Source: Octopus sinensis (taxonomy: Eukaryota). Taken from it: 64,000 bases of DNA. The position numbers and the translations under genes are program-made. Positions within the stretch are counted from its first letter, which is position 1. Each line of letters starts with the position of its first letter. Below, piece after piece: positions 54,223 to 64,000 of this stretch. Location of the stretch: positions 11,222,001 through 11,286,000 of the forward strand of contig NC_043004.1 of assembly GCF_006345805.1 (NCBI RefSeq). Reading direction: 5' to 3'. Below the pieces are notes generated by a model, which saw nothing but the letters and a program-made list of their open reading frames with translations, was not told the DNA's origin and did no database searches.

Positions 54223-55186
54223 GGGGAGGTACGACGACGATCTTAGGGCAAACCTGGGTGTCGACGAGGAATACTTGACCCGCCTGTTTGAAACGACTTT
54301 CGGGCCGGGACCTATGGACAACTTCCAGAGATCCCTTGTCTGGCAGTGCTACCGAGAAGCGCTACATGTTCGGGATAAGCTCTATAGACATGGCTCGAGA
54401 AACACGGGGCTGACCTGCCCGAGATGCGGGCCAAGCGACGAAACCGTTCTGCACACAATCGTGCATTGTCTAACAATCTCCGACCTGTGGGCTTATGTCG
54501 AACGACTGCTGTCACGTGTGGCACGTGTCGGTTTATCAGCCGAGTCTATCGTTAATGTCGACACGCTTCCTTCCTTCAAACGGGAAGGAAGAGCTATTTT
54601 TATCATACTTGTGGCTATGGCGAAAGAATGTATCTGGTGGATGCGCCTAAAAGAATTAGAGACAAACACTTTCCTCTCTGGTCAATCTCTCATCAACTTC
54701 TTCAAGTATCACTTGAAGAGGAAAGTGAGAGTAGAGAGGCAAATTTTGTCTAGTGAATGTTTTAAAAAATGATGGGTGAATCTAGCAAGGATGGCACGTA
54801 TGAATGACGAAGCCACCTTGACTATGATCCTATGAACCGTAAAAATTAATACAGAGAGTTGCTTATTTGTAAAAAAAATATATAACATGTGACTTCATTG
54901 AACGAGGTTACCGTGGTCTTTTCCGTAGGCTTTTCTTTCCACTGGTAAACCTAACCTGTCCTCCCCTGTACACTTTATATTGACATTTCTGTGATAACGA
55001 TCCCTATTGATCGATCTTTTTCTTTTTCCTTTTATTTTCTATCCCACCCCCTTTTTTGTCCTCTTTCTTTCCTTTTACGATCCCTTTTGATCGAAAACCA
55101 AACCCCCTTTTTTACACCCAAAAGAAAAGCTCTATCTTGTAATTTGTCCTGTCTGTGTGCAGCCCTGTGTTGCTAATAAAGAAACA
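54223..55186 (+). mobile_element. Tx1/L1-like LINE 3' fragment (zf-RVT CCHC domain plus 3' UTR) at a TATC repeat
   Basis: ORF 54275-54772 contains LTCPRCGPSDETVLHTIVHC...LW (C-x2-C-x8-H-x4-C). The element ends AATAAAGAAACA followed by (TATC)n. Confidence 0.9.
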
Positions 55187-55269
<83 letters not shown>

Positions 55270-55387
55270 TTCTTTCTTTCTCTCTCTCTCTCTCTATCTC
55301 CTCATACACACACACACACAGCTATGAAGAATACCATGTAAATATTGAATTGAAAAGACATATTTACAACAAAGTCGAGAAGTATTA

Positions 55388-55917
55388 GGCGCAGGAATGG
55401 CTGTATGGTAAATAGCTTGCTTACCAACCATATGGTTCCGGTTTCATTCCCACTGCGTGGCACCTTGGGCAAGTGTCTTCTTCTAGAGCCTCGGGTCGAC
55501 CAAAGCCTTGTGAGTGGACTTGGTAGACGGAAACTGAAGGAAGCACGTCGTTTGTGTGTCTGTGTAGTATGGTTTGAGGTGGAGGAAGGGCTTTCTTAAA
55601 AGTAGTGCTGATGTTAATGGAGTTTGCTAATATATGATAGCAGTTCCCAAATTAAAATGACGGCCATGTCAAAGAAGCTAAATGAGCAACGGAAGACAGT
55701 TACACAACAACAAAAATAAGGCACGCGTACGAGGGGTGTATGAAAAGACTTGAGCCTCAAAAAAATAAAACATCACTTGACAACCGATGGCGGTGTGTTT
55801 ACGTCCCTGTAACTTAAGTACTAGGCTTACAACAAATAAGTCCTGGGTTCGATTTGCTCGCCTAAAAGGCGGTGCTCCAGCGTGGCCGCAGTCAAATGAC
55901 TGAAACAAGTAAAAGAA
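55388..55917 (+). mobile_element. SINE family B interrupted by a ~210-bp copy of 53907-54125
   Basis: Head/core at 55388-55560; the body resumes at ~55770 (AACATCACTTGACAACCGATG). Confidence 0.85.
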
Positions 55918-56033
55918 AGTGTAAGTATGTTCGTGTCCAACCATCACTCGTGGACTTTTCAACCTAATAGTTTCACACCATTCATTATAGTTGTAAGTGA
56001 AGTGTTTCGAGTACGATGACACCGAAACATCAG

Positions 56034-56067
<34 letters not shown>

Positions 56068-56071
56068 CATA

Positions 56072-57072
56072 CAGGGGTTGGACAAAATAATGGAAATACG
56101 TTAAAATTTCAAACAAATTTATTTCAGTATGGAGTAGGACCGCCTTTGGCAGTAATTACAGCTTGAATTCTACGCGGTATGGACTCATACAAAGTTCGAA
56201 TTATTTCCAAAGTAATTTTTGTCCATTCTTCAACTAAAAGAGTCTCTACTTCTTCTAGTTATGATGGTAGAGGATATCGACTCCTTACTTGTTTTTTCTA
56301 AAATGCACCATAAATGTTCAATAATATTGAGATCTGGAGACTTTGGTGGCTAGATAAGATATTCAACTTCACTACTATGTTCGTCGTGCCATTCAGTAAC
56401 ATCTTTAGCTGTGTGAATTAGTGCATTATCATCCTGAAAGATTGCGTTTGCCCCCGGAAACAGTTCTGCGATCATAGGATGAATTTGATAAGGTAAAACG
56501 CTTAAATTGTCTTGACTATTAATTCTGCCATGAAGGGAAACTATTGGGCCGGCAGATTTCCGAGATACAGCCCCCGCCAGATCGTCACCGATCCTACTCC
56601 ATGTTTAACAGTTGGAAGAAGGCAGTCTGGGTCAAATGCCTCGTTTGGCTGTCTCCACACATATACTCGGCTCGTTATCGGAAATTAGGTAAAGGATGAT
56701 TAGTCCAAGAAAATAACATTCTCCCACTGCTCTAGGGACCAATTCTGTAGGATTTTACTCCAATCTAAGCGCTTTGCAATGTTTGCTTTTGAAAGTAGTG
56801 GTTTTTCTGATTACAGCACTCCCGCGAAATCCGGCTTTGTGCAGAGAATAGTTTTTGTGGAAACTCGTTCTCGATGTGGTCATTAAGCTCTGAATTAATT
56901 TTGAGAGCTGCACTTTTGTGATCCTTTCTAACAATTGGCGTAAGACTCCGACGCCCCCTTTCTAAAAGTTTTGGTTTTCTTTCAGCGTTTTGTTTTTACA
57001 AGGTTTTTCCCTCTTTCACTCAAAGTCTGTGATTACTTTCGAGGCAGTACTTCTTGATAGACCAAACATTAC
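56072..57072 (-). mobile_element. Tc1 (DD34E) transposase pseudogene with one TIR
   Basis: TA|CAGGGGTTGGACAAAATAATGGAAA terminus; minus-strand motifs VIFLD*SSF, IFQDDNALIHTAK, SPDLNIIEHLW. Confidence 0.92.
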
Positions 57073-57076
57073 AGAT

Positions 57077-57590
57077 GCACCGCCGTTTTGTGCTACTCTG
57101 TTATTACTAAGAGCCTCCTTTAATATGTGGCACTTGGTGAAGAATGGAGTTTGATATAGCTACCCTCATTTGCACCTCTTGCCGTGAGGTAGGTTCATCT
57201 GGGACTCTCGACAGGAAGAGGTCCAGCTTTGACTTAAAAAACCCTACATCTTTGTGAAAGTTCCTCAGACTCTTTGGGAGAACATTAAAAAGCTGTGGGC
57301 CCTTGAAACTCAGGCTGTTGCAGTAGCTGGTCCTGAAGCGTGATGGCATTCCTGGGATCTTTGGCACTATGCAGTGTCGTCCCGTTCTGGCATTGGTGTA
57401 GCTTTCAATGCCAAAATTTGGCACAATTCCTTCCAGGATCTTCCAGACATATATTACTGCATACCTCTCCCGTCTTCTCTCTAGGGAGTAGAGTCTTAGC
57501 TGTTTCAACCTTTCCCAGTAGCTGAGCAGTTGCAAAGAGACGATCTTCATTGTGAATCTTCTCTGGATTGCTTCAAGGTCTGGTGTTAAT
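57077..57590 (-). mobile_element. CR1-like LINE 3' fragment (ORF2 C-terminus intact, tail truncated)
   Basis: ORF 57107-57550 LSYWERLKQLRLYSLERRRERY...FKSKLDLFLSRVPDEP. The UTR breaks off at GGCGGTGC, next to the Tc1 remnant. Confidence 0.9.
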
Positions 57591-57653
57591 CTCTCTATAT
57601 ATAAATAGATAGATAGATAGATAGATAGTTAGATAGATATCTATGGATGTGTG

Positions 57654-57708
<55 letters not shown>

Positions 57709-57760
57709 TAAAGATGTATATATATATGAATGTATATGTATATATAAATATATATATATA

Positions 57761-58015
57761 CTAGCAGTATCGCCCGGCGTTGCGGTTTGTTTAAACTCAT
57801 TAGAATTGGAATTTTTGAAAAGTAAAAATTTGGCAGTATGTAGCTTGTTATTCTCTTTAACTGAAAGACACCAAAAAATGGCGACGCAGCAGTCAAAGCA
57901 CCGTAAAAAATAGGGATTTACCTGTTTGATGTAAATAATTTTTGGTGTTAACATGGTCTGATTTGAAATTTTTCTTCTACGGAAGGAAGAGTTAGCTTTC
58001 GTCTATCATATTCTC
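57761..58015 (-). mobile_element. Helitron-like 3' terminal fragment
   Basis: Minus strand ends ...GCAACGCCGGGCGATACTGCTAG|T within (AT)n. Confidence 0.5.
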
Positions 58016-58058
58016 ATATATATGTATATATGTATATATGTATATATGTATAATATAT

Positions 58059-58105
<47 letters not shown>

Positions 58106-58148
58106 CATATATATATGATGATGATATATATATATATGATGATGATAT

Positions 58149-60070
58149 GATTGATTGATTGATTGATTCTAGTTTCAGCTTATGAGCTGTGGCCATGCTG
58201 GGGCACCGCCATTTGGTGTTGCTACTTGGTTTCACTTCATGGAGGCTTATAGCAACTGCTATTGGTGCATGAGAGTGTTCGATGCAGCTGCCCTCATCTG
58301 CCCCTCCTGCCGTGAAGTTGGTTCATCTGGGACACTTGACAGGAAGAGATCCAGCTTCATTTTAAAGACATCTGTATCCACCCCATGCAGGTCTCTCAGG
58401 TTCTTTGGGAGGATATTGAAGAGCTGTGGGCCTCGGAAGCCCAGGCTATCACAGAATCTTGTCCTACATCTTGATGGCAGGTTTGGAGTCCTAGGCACCA
58501 CGCAGTGGCGGCCCAGTTCTGGCATTTGCGTAACTCTCGATGCCAAAGTTCAGGAACACTTCCCTCCAGGATCTTCCAGATGTATATTATGGCATATCTT
58601 TCCCGCCTACGCTCCAGGGAATATAATTTTAATCTCTTGAGTATTTCCCAGTAGCTTACATTCTGCATAGAGGCTATCTTCTTTGTGTAGCTTCGTTGGA
58701 TCGCCTCAAGTTCTGTGATCAACTTGACACTGGATGGTGACCATAGCTGAAAGCAGTAGTCAAAGTGGCTTAGGACAAGTGTCTTCCAGAGGACCATCAT
58801 GGTTTCTTGTTCTCTTGTTCTAAAGGTTCTAAGAATCCATCCAGCCAGCCGTCTACATTTCATTGTCAGTTTAGCAACATGTACATGAAAGGTCGCGTCA
58901 TCATCATGTGAATACCAGGTCACGCATGATTGTGCCTCTGGGATTGCAATCCCTCCGGGTCCAGTGTATTCATGGGTATTGCATTCAGTTTTGCATGCTG
59001 ATAGTATAAAGCTTGAAACTTTCCAGCATTGAACTGCATGCTATTCTTTTCAGCCCACTTGTATATTTCGTCCAGCTCACATTGCAGGTGTTTAGTGTCC
59101 TCAGGGTTCCGTATTGCCTGTGAAACTTTTGTATCGTCTGCATAACTTGTGATCGTGGCTCTCTGCGTGGCTGAGGGCATGTCTGAGGGGCCATTATGAA
59201 CAGTAGTGGTCCCAGAACAGTGCCTGCGGAACACCGCTCACTATTGTGTGTTAATGGAGGTGGCCCCATTGGCTACTACCACCTGACTTCTATCCTTCAG
59301 AAAGTCATGAAGCCATTCTCCCAGTTTTCCAACTATGTTGAGATCACGCAGCTTGTGACATATCATTCCATGATCGACTTTATCAAAGGCCTTTGCAAAG
59401 TCGAGATATATCACTTCCACATTTGAGTGGTTGAGCCAGCCGTTTCAGCACCCAGTCATAGTGTTGTAGGAGCTGAGTTAAACAGCTCTCCCTGGTCGGA
59501 AACCATGTTGGGTGTCGGGCAGCAAGTCATTCTCTTCAAGGAAGGTGATCAGCTTCCTTCTGACTATTCGTTCCATGACCTTGCTGATGTGTGAGGTCAG
59601 AGAGATAGGTCTATAGTTTTGGCTTCCGCTCTGCTACCTCCTTTATGAATGGGGCATATTTTACCTTCCTTCAGTTTTCCTGGAAGTTTGCCAGCTGCAA
59701 GGAAGCTCTGAAAGAGGAACTGCAGTGGTCTTGCTAGGACTCTCTTACATGCTTTTAGGAGGATTGCCGGGAATCCAGGGGGCAGTAGCTGAGTCTGTTT
59801 TCATTTCATCTATAGCCTTGGTTACATCGTCTTCCTTTATATCGATGTAATCTATCGTCGCCGCCTCTGATTTTATATCTGCAGTGGTAAAAAAGTCAGT
59901 TGGATTGGTGATTTGGAGATGCCCAAGGGGTGGAGTGAAAACACTCTTGAATTGCTCATTCAGTATTTCACTTACCCTCAGTGGTTTTCCTGTAAGTGTG
60001 CCATCCTTTTCGAGGAGTGGCCCTATTTACAGTGCACTGTAGCTGTTTCTTTGGCATACCTGTAGAAAGC
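58149..60070 (-). mobile_element. CR1-like LINE, 5'-truncated, with reverse transcriptase (frameshifted)
   Basis: RT motifs YRPISLTSHISKVMERI, DFAKAFDKVDH, GTVLGPLLF and YADDTK; C-terminal YSLERRRERY; two-hairpin 3' tail and (AATC)n. Confidence 0.95.
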
Positions 60071-60168
60071 TGTATATATATTATATATATTATATATATA
60101 TACCTGTTATTTATATATATATATTATATTATATATACCGTGTATATATATATATATATAATATATAG

Positions 60169-60207
<39 letters not shown>

Positions 60208-60616
60208 ATATATATAATATATATAATATATATATATATATATATAAATATCTATATATATTAATACGAAAAAAACCCTCCAGGCTACATCCCGATTCAT
60301 TTTATATCTTGATTTTTTTTATTTTCCATGCAATTTACGCATGCTTGCGTGGTGAACACAGTTTACGTCAAACAGGTGACTGAGTAAAGTTCACTATTCA
60401 ATACATGGGATAAGGCCTAAACAAACACAGTATCGATTTTCGCACTTGCGAGATGAATTTCGGAATAGAAATAGCGCAGTTCAATTTTCATTCGCCTAAA
60501 CTTTAAGTGACCCATTTTTTGTGGTTCTACGATTTGTTGGCTAGGAGGAGATGTGCCGGGAATTTAAACACACAGACATACACACAGATACAGACAGAGA
60601 CACACAAGTTGAGTTT

Positions 60617-60676
<60 letters not shown>

Positions 60677-60770
60677 GCAACAAAGTATTATGTATATAGA
60701 GAGAAACATACGCGCACGCACACATATACACACTCACATACACTCACGTACCTACATATATATATATGTG

Positions 60771-60807
<37 letters not shown>

Positions 60808-60904
60808 CGGGGAGCTTTATGAAAATAAACAAAAGACGAAGGCAGGTGGAATACAAACAAACAATTGTATTAGTATGGCGCTCAGGAATATAAATAAAAC
60901 AAGT

Positions 60905-60940
60905 CTTTTACGTTTCGAGCCTACGCTCTTCAACAGAAAG
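60905..60940 (-). ncRNA. Minimal hammerhead motif (core variant CUGUUGA) in cassette 60810-61020
   Basis: CUUU-CUGUUGA-A-GAGC-GUAG-GCUC-GAAA-CG-UA-AAAG. All helices are perfect; A6 is changed to U. Confidence 0.65.
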
Positions 60941-61401
60941 ATACACAGAAAAGAAACACGGAGAGAAACAAGGAAGAAAAAAAATGCGTGCAAAAGCTAG
61001 CGAATCAACATGGCGATCTATATATATATAAGTGGTTAGAGAAACCACCGGAGAGAAAGAAAAACGGAACGAAAGTGTGAAAAGAGCAAGATGAAGGCGA
61101 TAAAGACGATTAAATACGGATGACAATGGCGGCAGACACAGACGAAATTCCTTTAGACTCATTGATTTATTTAAATTTCATTTCAATTATATAAAAATTC
61201 TCTCATAGGCATACATGTGCGCATATATACACTATAAAAAGATAGATGCACAGAAATACCGTTATATCCACGTTCATATTAAATGAACATATACTATGCG
61301 AAATACAAACGGGCAGTTATCTGTCTGCATTTTCAATTATGACAGCATTTACGTATTTTCGCATATACAGGAGTATATACGCATGTTATATATATATATA
61401 T

Positions 61402-61434
<33 letters not shown>

Positions 61435-61520
61435 GCACGTATATTAAAGAGCTTCTGTATCTTTACTTTTGTGTGTGCAGCCAAAATGCCTGTGCATATG
61501 TATGTATCTATGTATCTATG

Positions 61521-61578
<58 letters not shown>

Positions 61579-61611
61579 GTTATCCATTTTCTATCTTTCT
61601 ATCTATATATG

Positions 61612-61646
<35 letters not shown>

Positions 61647-61778
61647 CTCTATCTAACATCTATCTATCTTACACATATATATGCACACAGATATATACAC
61701 ACAAACATATATACGCGTATTATCGTCGTATGTTATATATATAATATAATATATATGTGTGTGTGTGGGTGTGTGGTG

Positions 61779-61809
<31 letters not shown>

Positions 61810-62000
61810 TTTGTGTGTGTGGTGTGTGGTGTGTGAGTGCATGTGTGTGTGTAAAAGCAAAACCGCAAATGGCGAAAGAGTTGAATATAGTGTTCTGTCC
61901 TTGCTGCCTCAAATATCGTCATTTACTCTTTTAGAGTAGACAGTTTCCTGAACCTACTGTTTCAAGCCTTGAACTGATATGAATAATGAAAGCAATAATG

Positions 62001-62043
<43 letters not shown>
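62001..62043. repeat. (TAA)n microsatellite
   Basis: Pure ATA run. Confidence 0.95.
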
Positions 62044-62046
<3 letters not shown>

Positions 62047-63108
62047 TGTCATTTAAGATCTGGGGAAAAAAGGAAAATTGAAAGCAAGGTGGTAAACAAC
62101 AATAATTCTAAATAATAATGATAAAATGAAATGTAAAAAAATATTAATACAAAGCATAAGATAAACAACTGAAATTACCATGAATCTAAAGAACATAAAA
62201 TATAAAATAGCTATACAAAAGATTGCGAAAGCGACTTCGATACAGAAATTTTAAAACGGATGCGAAAATGATGGCCGCAATTTTGAATATAACACACATA
62301 CACACACACAATCACACTCACGTGTATATATATATGTGCGTGTAATAATCTCTGCGTATGTATGTGTAAGTTTAAACGAAATAAGAATGAAATGATTTAA
62401 TGACAGAAATAAAACGAACGAAAAAAAACTCCTATAAAATAATGATGTCTTTATTTGAAAGAAAATAAGGAAGGTGAACAAGAAATAATTTTTCTAGCTC
62501 ACCAGAAGATCGTAAATGTCCCCAATCGTTTCAGAGACTATTCAATAAAAACGGTTATTTCCTTTTTTAGGTTCAACTTGAAATTTCTATTTTTATTTTC
62601 TGTCCTTTTCCTCACACTTGCTCAAATGATATCTATTTCTCTCTCTCTCTCTTCTCACTGTCTCTCTCTCTGAGAAAAGAGATGCATATATATACATATA
62701 TATACGTATACTTTCGATTTGTAATTTTACAAATTTTTCCCATTTTATTTTGTGTAGAAAAAGGAGGGGAGAAAACGGCTAAATGAGATATGTCTATGAT
62801 CTGAATGTTTGTGAATATAATTTAGGAATAACTAAACGAAAAGAGCAACATTGAAAGTTCTGTATGTATGTATGCATGTATGTGTGTATGCATGCATGTA
62901 TGTATGTATGTATGTATGGTTCTATGCTTGCATATATATATGCATGTATGTATGCATGCACGCATGTGTGTATGTATGTATGTATGTTTGTCTATGTATG
63001 TATTTAGGTTTTTAGGTACGCATGTATATTTATATGTATATATATTATATATATATATAATATATATATATTTATGTCTGAATGTCTCTCGCTCTATCTC
63101 ACTCTCTC

Positions 63109-63176
<68 letters not shown>

Positions 63177-63254
63177 CGTGTGTGTGGTGTGTGTGTGTGT
63201 ATTATCGTTATCCTTCCAATAGTTTCAGACAGAGGCCTCGACCCTGTATATCTA

Positions 63255-63360
63255 CTTTGGTGCTTTGATACGTTTCGGCCAGTATTGGCCCAGGTCATGC
63301 CTAAATAGCACCACTTAGTGAAATTATTCAAATCACTATTTGGACAACATGGCCCACTGA
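63255..63360 (-). mobile_element. 3' UTR fragment of the second CR1-like family
   Basis: AGTGGGCCATGTTGTCC...AGTGGTGCTATTTAGGCATGACCTGGGCCAATACTGGCCGAAACGTATCAAAG matches 41068-41183. Confidence 0.65.
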
Positions 63361-64000
63361 AAGAGAGAGTTATTTTTTACGGAGACATATCCGGGTGTAG
63401 GAGGTTCATAGAGGATTTATTGCACTTTATGAGGTCTGTTTCTGCGTATGATATGTTTTGGTGTAATGTTCAAGAGAGCAGAACCAACTGAGGTAAGATA
63501 ATTATGCTGTATTGTTGTTACGTGATGTGAGTGTGACTTATGCTGTGGGCGGATAGCACAGGGCCCATACCTTGGTTATATCTTGAAGGTGAATCCAACA
63601 TAATTTGCCTGGAATATTTTCCGCACCATGCATATATATATATATATATATATATATACCGGAGTAAACACATAAATGTGAAACAAGGTGGAAAAATGAG
63701 TACTCAAATACTAATGGTAGATAATTATATAATATATATATATATATGCATATGTGGGCACAGGATATCATTAAACGTGTACAACAAAAAAGTACGAAGC
63801 ACGAATACATGGAACATGAACTGTTATGTATTGATATCGCATGAGCAGCTTGTTGGCCACATTCTTTCTATGAGAATATTGTTTCGATCCGCTAAGCTTC
63901 TTTCACAGCTAAACTGTGATTTGTTTCATTTCAAAAATAAGGGGTACATTTTAATGTACATCCTCTTATTTTGTTATTTTAATTTATTCGCTATCATTAT

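Noticed and set aside
63265-63312. GGCCA-ATAC-TGGCC-GAAACGTA as a hammerhead 3' half
   Set aside because: No CUGANGA-equivalent core; better explained as the CR1-like LINE 3' hairpin.

Overview
AT-rich eukaryotic non-genic or intronic DNA, with one 100-N assembly gap at 45028-45127. The tRNA-derived SINE families and very dense (AT)n/(CA)n/(TATC)n microsatellites suggest an octopus or other coleoid cephalopod; this is inferred, not verified. No intact host gene or exon could be supported, and most ORF-track entries are microsatellite translations. The window is a mosaic of decayed mobile DNA: at least four SINE families; Tx1-like, CR1-like, Dong/R4-like and RTE-related LINE remnants; a Penelope GIY-YIG fragment; mariner and Tc1 transposase pseudogenes; MITEs; Helitron-like ends; and a degraded 18S rRNA fragment. 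The most interesting signals are: (1) at least 7 minimal type-I hammerhead-ribozyme motifs from several unrelated short cassettes embedded in (AT)n tracts, including natural core variants (a compensatory G3-C8 swap, C4, U6); (2) long fold-back palindromes, one built from a tRNA-like Pol III unit; (3) two SINE/LINE 3'-tail partnerships visible within the window, plus apparent self-targeting of one SINE at GGTA; (4) two ~210-bp locally templated insertions inside SINEs. Family names come from motif recognition only, with no database search.
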